Shown in pieces: positions 55,331 to 63,053 of a DNA stretch of 64,000 nucleotides (the first letter of the stretch is position 1; each line of letters starts with the position of its first letter). The notes under the pieces were generated by a model that saw only the letters and a program-made list of their open reading frames with translations, made no database searches and was not told the DNA's origin. Origin of the DNA: an uncultured bacterium (GTDB lineage Bacteria > Krumholzibacteriota > Krumholzibacteriia > LZORAL124-64-63); NCBI GenBank assembly GCA_963732385.1, contig CAVSZB010000007.1:64001-128000 (forward strand), read 5' to 3'. The translations under genes and the position numbers were made by a program.

Positions 55331-56806
55331 GTGAGCCGCCCCGCGGGCGACGCGCCGCGGCGTCTGCTGATCATCGGCGCCGGTGAGGCGGGGCAGTCGC
55401 TGGTGCGCGAACTGCAGGCCGGCGGCTGGCCGGTCACGCCGGTAGGTTTCCTCGACGACGATCCGGCGCTGCGGGGAGAGTCGCCGTGCGGCCTGCCGGT
55501 GCTCGGCGCCACGGCCGATCTGCCGGACGCAGCCGTGCGCAGCGGGGCGCAGGAGATCCTCATCGCCATCCCTTCCGCCACTGGCGCGGTCATCCGCCGG
55601 CTGGTGCTGCTGTGCCGGCGCGCGGGGCTGCCGGTACGCATCGTGCCGGGCATCCGCGCCATCATCGAGGGGGACGTCCGCTTCGACCAGGTGCGGCCGG
55701 TCGCGCCCGACGACCTGCTTGGCCGCGAGAGCGTCACCTTCCGCGTCGATGGCGCGCGCGAACTCGTGGCGGGACGGCGCGTGCTGGTGACAGGAGCAGG
55801 TGGTTCCATCGGTGGCGAACTGTGCCGGCAACTGCTGCCGTTCGCGCCCGCGGAGCTGCTGCTGCTCGGTCGCGGCGAGAACAGCCTGTTCGAGATCGCC
55901 GCGGAACTGGAGCCGCGGCGGGGCAAGGTCGCGCTGCGCACGCTGATCTGCGATGTGCGGGATGGTGAACGGCTCGCTGTCCTGGCCGGACGTCACGGCG
56001 TCGATCTCATCCTGCACGCCGCCGCGCACAAGCACGTGCCGCTGATGGAGGAGAATCCCGAGGAGGCGGTGGCGGTCAACGTGCTCGGCACCGCGAACCT
56101 GATCCACTTCGCCCGCCAGGTCGGCGCTGAGCGTCTGGTGCTGGTGTCGACCGACAAGGCGGCCATCCCCGCGAGCATCATGGGCGCCACGAAACGGGTG
56201 GCCGAGGAACTGGTGCGCGCGGCCGGAGTCGCCGGCGGTCCGACACGCTTCCTGACCGTCCGCTTCGGCAACGTGCTCGGCAGCCGTGGTTCCGTGGTGC
56301 CGCTGTTCCAGGACCGGATCCGCCGCGGCCTGCCGCTGCCGGTCACGGACCGGGCCATGACCCGCTACTTCATGACCATCCGGGAGGCGGCGCAGCTCGT
56401 GATCGAGGCGATGGCTCTGGGCGAGAGCGGCGCCACCTACATCCTCGAGATGGGGGAGCCGGTGTCGATCCTGGAACTGGCGCGCAATCTGCTCGCCCTG
56501 TCCGGGTTCGATCCTGACGGCGGCGACGGCGGCCCCGGCATCGTCATCACCGGCGCCCGCCCGGGCGAGAAGCTGACCGAGGAACTCGTCGCCCGCGACG
56601 AAACGCTGGCGCCGGGGGCGAATCCGCTGATCCGGCGCGCGGTCACCGCGCGCCCCGTGCTGGCCGATCCGGAGGCGGTCGTGGCTTCCTTGCTGGGGCC
56701 GGCCCGCGCCGGTGATATGGCGGGGGTGCGGCAGGTCCTGGCGCGCCTGCCGGGCCTGGCGGCGGTGACGGCCGTTTTCCCCGCGCCGGAGGTGACCCGT
56801 CCATGA
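55331..56806 (+). CDS. CapD/PglF-like UDP-GlcNAc 4,6-dehydratase (no N-terminal TM region)
   Basis: LLIIGAGEAG, VGFLDDD, DLLGRE, VTGAGGSIGGELCRQ, HAAAHKHVP, STDKA..MGATKR, VRFGNVLGSRGSV, RPGEKL. Confidence 0.93.
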   Translation: MSRPAGDAPRRLLIIGAGEAGQSLVRELQAGGWPVTPVGFLDDDPALRGESPCGLPVLGATADLPDAAVRSGAQEILIAIPSATGAVIRRLVLLCRRAGLPVRIVPGIRAIIEGDVRFDQVRPVAPDDLLGRESVTFRVDGARELVAGRRVLVTGAGGSIGGELCRQLLPFAPAELLLLGRGENSLFEIAAELEPRRGKVALRTLICDVRDGERLAVLAGRHGVDLILHAAAHKHVPLMEENPEEAVAVNVLGTANLIHFARQVGAERLVLVSTDKAAIPASIMGATKRVAEELVRAAGVAGGPTRFLTVRFGNVLGSRGSVVPLFQDRIRRGLPLPVTDRAMTRYFMTIREAAQLVIEAMALGESGATYILEMGEPVSILELARNLLALSGFDPDGGDGGPGIVITGARPGEKLTEELVARDETLAPGANPLIRRAVTARPVLADPEAVVASLLGPARAGDMAGVRQVLARLPGLAAVTAVFPAPEVTRP

Positions 56807-57981
56807 CTCCCGATTCAGGTGCCGAGCCCGCGTTCCTGCCGTTTTTCCGCCCCAGTCTGGGCGAGGAGGAGATCGCGGCGGTGGCCGACACTCTGCGCTC
56901 CGGGTGGCTCACCTACGGGCCGCGCACGCGCGAGTTCGGCCGCGCCTGCGCCGACTATCTCGGAGCGACGCACGGTGTGCCGGTCGCCTCGTGTTCGGCC
57001 GGACTGTTCCTGGCGCTCAAGGCGCTCGGGGTCGGCCCGGGCGACGAAGTGGTGTTGCCGTCGCTCACTTTCACCGCCACGCTCTCGGCGATCCTGCACT
57101 GCGGCGCGACGCCGATCCTGGCCGATGTGGAAGACGCCACGCTCGGCCTCGATCCGGAGCGGGTCGCCGAGTTGCTGAGTCCGCGCACCCGGGCGATCGT
57201 GCCGGTCCACATGGCGGGACACCCCTGCCGCATCCGGGAACTGCTCGCCCTCGCGCGATCGCGCGGCGTGGCGGTGGTCGAGGATGCGGCGCACGCCTTC
57301 GGCGCGGCGGTGGAGGGCCGCCGCCTTGGGACGTTCGGCGACGCCACGGTCTTCTCGTTCTACGCGACGAAGTGCATCACCACCGGCGACGGCGGCCTGA
57401 TCACCACGGCCGACGACGGTCTCGCGCGCGAGCTGGAGCTGCTCTGCTTCCACGGCATGGACGGCAACGCGTGGCAGCGCTACGGCGACCGCGGGCGGTG
57501 GTACTACGAGATCGTGCGGGTCGGCTGGAAGCTGCACCTGGGCGATCCGGCGGCGGCGCTCGGCCTGGTTCAGCTGCGCCGGGCCGACGCGTTGCAGGCG
57601 CGACGCGCGGCGCTGGCGCGGGGCTTCACCGAGCGGTTGGCCGACCTGCCCGGCGTGACCCTGCCGCTCGAGGCGCCGTGGGCCACGCATGCCTGGCATC
57701 TCTACCTGCTGCGCGTCGATCCGGAGGTCGTGCGCGAGGGGCGCGACGGGGTGATCGCCGATCTCGCCGACGCGCGCATCGGAAGTTCGGTCCACTTCAT
57801 TCCGCTGCACCATCATCCAGCCTACCGCGAACTGCTCGCGCCGCAGGCGGACCGCCTGGCGCGCACCGAACGTTATTTCCGCGAAGCGGTCACTCTGCCG
57901 CTCTTCCCGGCGATGACCGACGCGGAGGCGCAACGGGTCACCGATGCGGTGCGGGCGAGCGTCCGCCGCCGCGTGCGCTGA
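56803..57981 (+). CDS. DegT/DnrJ/EryC1/StrS family sugar aminotransferase
   Basis: SGWLTYGP, GPGDEV, PVHMAG, EDAAHAFGA, FSFYATKCITTGDGG (PLP lysine), TLPLFP. Confidence 0.95.
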   Translation: MTPDSGAEPAFLPFFRPSLGEEEIAAVADTLRSGWLTYGPRTREFGRACADYLGATHGVPVASCSAGLFLALKALGVGPGDEVVLPSLTFTATLSAILHCGATPILADVEDATLGLDPERVAELLSPRTRAIVPVHMAGHPCRIRELLALARSRGVAVVEDAAHAFGAAVEGRRLGTFGDATVFSFYATKCITTGDGGLITTADDGLARELELLCFHGMDGNAWQRYGDRGRWYYEIVRVGWKLHLGDPAAALGLVQLRRADALQARRAALARGFTERLADLPGVTLPLEAPWATHAWHLYLLRVDPEVVREGRDGVIADLADARIGSSVHFIPLHHHPAYRELLAPQADRLARTERYFREAVTLPLFPAMTDAEAQRVTDAVRASVRRRVR

Positions 57982-59069
57982 TGGCGCCGGGGGCCGGTCC
58001 TGCGTCGCCGCCTCTGGTGGTGACGGTCGAGCCGGCGCCGCCGCCCGGCTGGGAGGCGCTGCTTGCGGATGATCCGTACGCTACATTTTTCCACACGTCC
58101 CTCTGGAGCGACGCGCTGCGCCGGCACGCGGGCGGCGTGACGCCAATCTGGTTCGTCGCGCGCGCGCAGGGGCGTTGCGTGGGCGGGCTGTCAGCGGTGG
58201 CGCGACGGCGCGGGCCGCTGCGCCTGCTGCAGAGCCACTTCGACGGCACCGCGGGCGGGCCGCTGATCGCGCCCGACCTCCCTGAGGCGGAGCGTGACGC
58301 GGTCGCGGCGTCGCTGTTGGCGGCATGGGCGCGCGCGGCGAGGCGTCCGGACGTGGCCGCCGCCGCGCTGGTCCTGTCGTCTGACGCCGACACCCGCTGG
58401 GGGGGCGGGCTCGCGCGGTGCGGCTGGCGCCGGCGCGAGTTGCCGTTCGCGACGATTCCGCTCGTCGGCGGACCGGAGGCGGTCGAGTACGGCGTCCTGC
58501 CCAAGAACCGGCGCAACGAGCGCAATCGGGCCCTGCGACGCGGCTGCGATGCCGGAGTGACGACCGATCCGGGCGCGCTCACCGAGTACTATCCGGTCTA
58601 CCTTGCCGCGGCGCGCCGCTGGGGGGTCGCGCCGACGCCGGAGGCGCTTTTGCACGATCTGCTCGCGCGCGGCGCGGGCGCGGCCTTCCTCAGTTGGGTG
58701 CGGCGCGACGGTCGTCTCATCGGCGGACACGTCTGCTTCCGGCACGGCGCCGAAGTCGTCGCCTGGAACGGCGCCACCCTGCCGGAGCACGCCGAGGTCT
58801 TCCCTGCCACGCTGCTGATCTGGACCGATGTCGTCGAAGCGTGTCGGGGCGGCGCGCAGCGGCTCGACCTCGGGGGCAGCGGCGGCATCGCCGGAGTCGC
58901 CCGCTTCAAGGAACTGCTCGGCGCGAGCTTCGCGACGCGGGGCTGCTGGGAGACGGCGGCGCCCCTGTACCGGATCTGGCGGCGGCTGAGCGCGGCCAGG
59001 CGTCGCGTGGCGGGCGCAGCGACCGGCGGCAACGCGGCCGCGGCATCGCACGGGGGAGGCGCTCCGTGA
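57981..59069 (+). CDS. FemAB-like GNAT acyltransferase (Acetyltransf_6 type)
   Basis: WEALL..ATFFHT..W, KNRRNERNRALRRG, GRLIGG, LLIWTDVVEAC..GAQRLDLGGS..GVARFK..GA; ATG overlaps the upstream stop. Confidence 0.8.
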   Translation: MAPGAGPASPPLVVTVEPAPPPGWEALLADDPYATFFHTSLWSDALRRHAGGVTPIWFVARAQGRCVGGLSAVARRRGPLRLLQSHFDGTAGGPLIAPDLPEAERDAVAASLLAAWARAARRPDVAAAALVLSSDADTRWGGGLARCGWRRRELPFATIPLVGGPEAVEYGVLPKNRRNERNRALRRGCDAGVTTDPGALTEYYPVYLAAARRWGVAPTPEALLHDLLARGAGAAFLSWVRRDGRLIGGHVCFRHGAEVVAWNGATLPEHAEVFPATLLIWTDVVEACRGGAQRLDLGGSGGIAGVARFKELLGASFATRGCWETAAPLYRIWRRLSAARRRVAGAATGGNAAAASHGGGAP

Positions 59070-60370
59070 GGCTGCTGCGCACCGGTGGAGAGGTGCTCGC
59101 GGCACGCGCCGCGCAGGTCGTGGCGGGCGCGGCCGTCGGTCTGCTGGTGGCGCGGGCACTCGGCCCCGCGGCGCAGGGACATTACAGCCTGACGATCGCC
59201 GTAATGACCTTCGCGGGCGCTCTCTTCAACGGCGGCGTTGGTCTGTCCGCGGTGCCGCCGCTGCGACGTCACGAACTGTCCCTGCGTCGGGTCGTGCGCG
59301 CGCAGGGGACGTGGCTGGCGTTCGCCGGCGCGGGATTGCTGGCCGTGGGCGTCGTCGCGACCGCCGGGCCCGCGGCCGCCTGGACCGCCACGCACCTCGG
59401 CTGGACCGGAGCCGTGGCGGCCGCGGCAGCCGTCGGTGCAGCCGCTCTGCTCGCCTGCGACGTGCTGTTCTACGATCTGCTCGCACAGGGACGCCCGGTC
59501 GCCGGCGCGGTGGCCGTACTGGCGCGGCCCGGCTCGCATCTGCTGTTGCTCACGGTCGTTCTCGCGCTGACCGGCGGGCTGCGTCCGGGCGCGGCCGTCG
59601 GTCTGTTCGCGGCGGCGCAGGTCGTCGGCGCGGGGGCGCTGTTCGCTCTGCTGCGGCGGCGGGAGCCGACCGGAGAGCAGGTGGGAGAGCCTCCGGTCGC
59701 GACGGGCGAGGACTGGCCACGCGGCGCTCCCGCGCTGGCGCGCGCTCTGCTGCGCTCCGGCTGGCTCGGACAACTTTCCGCCGTCGCTTCGCTGCTGCAC
59801 ATGCGGCTCAATTTCGCGTTGCTGGCGGCATGGCACGGGCCGGCGGCGGTGGGGGTGTTCTCGGTGGCGGTGCTGGTGGGCGAACTGCTCTGGAATCTGC
59901 CGTCTGCGCTCAGCCCGATCCTCGTCTACAGTTCGGCCGCGGCCGGCGACGCCGGCACCCGGGATCGTCTGGCGGCGCGCGCTGTGCGCGTCGGACTGAT
60001 CGCCACGGCGGCGGTGGCGCTGCCGCTCGGGCTGGCCGCCGGCTGGCTGCTCCCGCGTCTGTTCGGCGGCGAGTACGCGGCCGCCGTACCGGCGCTGCGT
60101 GCCCTGCTGCCGGGCATCGTGGCCTTCGCGCCGGGCGCGGTTCTGGCCGGCGACTTCATCGGGCGCGGCCGTCCCGGCTGGAACGCGCAGGCGAGCGGCT
60201 TCACGCTCGCCATCAATCTGGTCGCGGGGGTGGCGCTGGTGCCGCGCTTCGGTCTGACAGGAGCTGCGTGGGCCTCGACCATCGCTTACGCCAGCGGTGC
60301 AGTCTGGATGGTGCTGCGTTTTCGCCGCGCCAGCGGCTTGACGTGGCACGGACTGCTCGGGCTGGCCTGA
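59066..60370 (+). CDS. Wzx-type oligosaccharide flippase
   Basis: VARALGPAAQGHYSL, AAVGVFSVA, LFGGEYAAAV..LR.LLPG, LVPRFGLTGAAWAS; about 12 TM helices. Confidence 0.87.
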   Translation: MRLLRTGGEVLAARAAQVVAGAAVGLLVARALGPAAQGHYSLTIAVMTFAGALFNGGVGLSAVPPLRRHELSLRRVVRAQGTWLAFAGAGLLAVGVVATAGPAAAWTATHLGWTGAVAAAAAVGAAALLACDVLFYDLLAQGRPVAGAVAVLARPGSHLLLLTVVLALTGGLRPGAAVGLFAAAQVVGAGALFALLRRREPTGEQVGEPPVATGEDWPRGAPALARALLRSGWLGQLSAVASLLHMRLNFALLAAWHGPAAVGVFSVAVLVGELLWNLPSALSPILVYSSAAAGDAGTRDRLAARAVRVGLIATAAVALPLGLAAGWLLPRLFGGEYAAAVPALRALLPGIVAFAPGAVLAGDFIGRGRPGWNAQASGFTLAINLVAGVALVPRFGLTGAAWASTIAYASGAVWMVLRFRRASGLTWHGLLGLA

Positions 60371-60593
60371 GCGGTCGCATTGAATCATATGTGATTTAAT
60401 TTCAATGCCTTGCGAGATGGCTGCGCAGATCGCACCCGCCGGGGGGGTTGGTCCCCACGATGGCCGGGCGCAGCGGACCGGGCACCCTCGCGCTGACGAT
60501 ACGATAACCCGAATTCAAACCTTGAGTTACAGCATCGCGCTTCGCGGCGTGGTGGCCGTCGTCACGACCGGGAAAAATAGTGCGAGGAGGCGC

Positions 60594-60622
60594 TTGACTG
60601 CCCAGTGGGGGATGGCTACGAT
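60594..60622 (+). promoter_or_regulatory. Putative dcw (mra) promoter
   Basis: TTGACT-17 nt-TACGAT. Confidence 0.6.
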
Positions 60623-60625
60623 GCC

Positions 60626-60660
60626 GTGGCTTCAGGTGGGGGAAAAAGGGTCAGAGTGGT
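60626..60660 (+). promoter_or_regulatory. MraZ-binding direct repeats
   Basis: GTGGC (60626), GTGGG (60636), AAGGG (60646), GTGGT (60656) at exact 10-bp spacing between the promoter and mraZ. Confidence 0.65.
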
Positions 60661-60684
60661 GAAAACAGGATTCGAGGCTCAGGG

Positions 60685-61191
60685 ATGATCGAGGCCACCC
60701 GTCACGACCTGCCGCAGTTGCCCGAACCGGTGTTTGCCGGCGGCTACGAGCGTGCCGTGGACGGCAAGGGGCGGTTCAACCTCCCCTTCCGTTTCCGGCG
60801 GCGCGGCGGCAAGGCGCGGGACAGGAGCGCGGTGCGGGAGGCCGGCCCGAAGGAGCGGTATACGATCGTCAGGGGTCCCGACGCCGTTCTGCTCGTCTAT
60901 CCCTATGACGTCTGGCTCGAGGTGTTCGATCAGTTGAGTCGCGACGCCCAGACTCCGGAGGAGCGCGACCAGGTGCGACGCCTCAGCCACGGCAGCCACA
61001 CGCTGGAGCTCGATGCCCAGGGGCGGGTCGCGGTTCCGCAGGAGTTCCTCTCCCACGCAGGACTGTCAGGCCGGGTTCTCTGCATCGGGATGCGGCGGCT
61101 GATGGAGCTTTGGGATCCGGAGCGGTACCGGCGCAAGCAGGAGGCGGCGCCGGCTCTCGATCCCCGCACGGAGGCCAGGCTGTACGCGTGA
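60685..61191 (+). CDS. mraZ: Division/cell wall cluster transcriptional repressor MraZ
   Basis: FAGGYERAVDGKGRFNLP and ELDAQGRVAVP (two DxxGR motifs), G...MELWD. Confidence 0.93.
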   Translation: MIEATRHDLPQLPEPVFAGGYERAVDGKGRFNLPFRFRRRGGKARDRSAVREAGPKERYTIVRGPDAVLLVYPYDVWLEVFDQLSRDAQTPEERDQVRRLSHGSHTLELDAQGRVAVPQEFLSHAGLSGRVLCIGMRRLMELWDPERYRRKQEAAPALDPRTEARLYA

Positions 61192-61210
61192 TAGCCCAGG
61201 GAGGGGCGCT

Positions 61211-61645
61211 ATGCCAGGGATGGAGCCCGGTGCGCCGAGAGAGTCGATCCGGCGGCACGTCGCGTTCGAGGTCCTCGACGGTGGTGTGGATTTCGAAATT
61301 CGCGAACGTGGCGCGACCGTCTGGATCACTCTCTCGGGCGTGCTCGACGCGGAGCGTCTCGCCCCGCTGATGCGGCGGGTCGTGCCGCTGCTGCACCGTC
61401 GCGGCCGCCGGGTCGTGCTCGACGGTCGCCGCCTCATGCACCTCGACTATCGGTGCGTGGCTCAGCTCCTGGCCTGGAGCGACGGTCTGCGCGCATTCGA
61501 CCACCAGCTCCTGTTGTACGGCTGGAATGCCTATCTGCGCGCCATCCTCCGCGTGGAGGACTGGGGTGGACGACTCAGCCCCGGCCCCGTGAGTCTGCCG
61601 GCAGGTCATGCCAATGTCGCTGGCGGCCCGGAGTCGGCGCGATGA
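61211..61645 (+). CDS. STAS domain protein
   Basis: VWITLSGVLD, RVVLDGRRLMHLDYRCVAQLL, LRAILRV follow the STAS pattern; GGAGG SD; stop overlaps the rsmH ATG. Confidence 0.72.
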   Translation: MPGMEPGAPRESIRRHVAFEVLDGGVDFEIRERGATVWITLSGVLDAERLAPLMRRVVPLLHRRGRRVVLDGRRLMHLDYRCVAQLLAWSDGLRAFDHQLLLYGWNAYLRAILRVEDWGGRLSPGPVSLPAGHANVAGGPESAR

Positions 61646-62601
61646 CCGCTGCCGCGGTGCACGTGCCGGTCCTGCGGGACGCCGTGCTCGATTTCCTGCG
61701 TCCCGCTTCCGGTCGACGGTTCGTGGATGGCACCTACGGTTGTGGCGGGCATGCCGCCGGGTTGCTTGCCGGCGGCGCGGAGGTGCTCGCGCTCGATCTC
61801 GACCGGGCGGCGATCGATCTCTGCCGCGTGCAGGCCGCCGCGCAGCCCCGTCTGCTCTGCTCCCGGACCTCCTTCCGCAATCTCGCCACCGCCATGACGG
61901 ACGTCGGCTGGCCGGAGTGCAACGGCATCCTGCTCGATCTGGGCGTCAGCTCGCCGCAGTTGGACGATCCGGCGCGCGGTTTTACCTACCGCGCGGAGGC
62001 GGAGCTGGACCTGCGCTTCGACCGCGACGCCGGCGAACCGGCGTGGCGACTCCTGGCGCGACTCGCCGAACGCGAAATCGCCGACCTGATCTGGCGCTAT
62101 GGCGAGGAGCGTCGGTCCCGCCGGATCGCCGCCGCCATCGTGGCGGCGGCGGCGCGCGAGCCGGTGCGATCGACCACCGCCCTGCGCACGGCCGTGGAAT
62201 CCGCCGTGCCCGCGGGGCCGGGACGCACCGCGACCATGAGCCGGGTTTTCCAGGCGCTGCGCATCGCCGTCAACGGTGAACTCGAAGCGCTCACGCAGGC
62301 GTTGGAACAGATGCCCGAGGCGCTGGCCGAGGACGGCATCGTTGTCATCATCGCCTATCATTCGCTGGAAGACCGCCTGGTCAAGCAGTGGCTGGTCCGG
62401 GAGAACCGCGATTGCATCTGTCCTCCCGACGCGCCGGCCTGCCGCTGTAGCCACCGCCGCACCATGAAATCGCTGACCGGTCGGCCCCTCGGGCCCGGGC
62501 CGGAAGAGCTCGCCCTGAATCCGCGTGCGCGCAGCGCCCGTCTGCGCGCCGCCCGCCGACTCGCCGAGCCGGCGTCACCTGCAGGGAGTCGCACATGCTG
62601 A
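61642..62601 (+). CDS. rsmH: 16S rRNA (cytosine1402-N4)-methyltransferase
   Basis: HVPVL, DGTYGCGGHA, LDLGVSSPQLD..RGF, YGEE, FQALRIAVNGEL, YHSLEDRLVK, NPRARSARLR. Confidence 0.98.
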   Translation: MTAAAVHVPVLRDAVLDFLRPASGRRFVDGTYGCGGHAAGLLAGGAEVLALDLDRAAIDLCRVQAAAQPRLLCSRTSFRNLATAMTDVGWPECNGILLDLGVSSPQLDDPARGFTYRAEAELDLRFDRDAGEPAWRLLARLAEREIADLIWRYGEERRSRRIAAAIVAAAAREPVRSTTALRTAVESAVPAGPGRTATMSRVFQALRIAVNGELEALTQALEQMPEALAEDGIVVIIAYHSLEDRLVKQWLVRENRDCICPPDAPACRCSHRRTMKSLTGRPLGPGPEELALNPRARSARLRAARRLAEPASPAGSRTC

Positions 62602-63053
62602 GGTGGCTGCGCCCCATCGCCGACCGTCGTCCGCGGCCGAACGCGCGTTACTGCGGTCCGCTGGCCCGCCCGCGGCGCCTCGGGGGCCAGACGGCGCTGC
62701 TGACCATCGTGCTGGGCGCGGTGGCGACCGCGGCGCTCACCGAGGTCATTACCGTCAACAACCGGATCGTGGTCGCGCGCACCGAGATCGATCGTCTGCG
62801 CAGCGAGCAGGCCTACCTCGAGGCGTCCATCGGCGGGCTCGAGGGGACGTGGGGACGTCTGGCCGCACGCGACTCGGTCGTGGCGCGGGCCGGGCGCGAG
62901 CTTGGCCTCGTCACCGCCGAGGCGCCCGGGGTGGTGGTCGTCGTCATGGGCGACGTCGCCGGAGTCGGCAATCCCGCCTGGCGACGGGCGCTCGACAAGG
63001 TAGGCGGGGCGGAGGGGGTGGCCGCGGCCGCGGCGCAGGAGCGGCGACCGTGA
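62595..63053 (+). CDS. ftsL: Cell division protein FtsL-like
   Basis: Between rsmH and ftsI; single TM then a coiled coil ending ARAGRELGL. Confidence 0.7.
   Translation: MLRWLRPIADRRPRPNARYCGPLARPRRLGGQTALLTIVLGAVATAALTEVITVNNRIVVARTEIDRLRSEQAYLEASIGGLEGTWGRLAARDSVVARAGRELGLVTAEAPGVVVVVMGDVAGVGNPAWRRALDKVGGAEGVAAAAAQERRP

Noticed and set aside
60405..60662. 85-aa ORF upstream of mraZ
   Set aside because: No SD or motif, atypical codons, and it overlaps the mra promoter and MraZ boxes.
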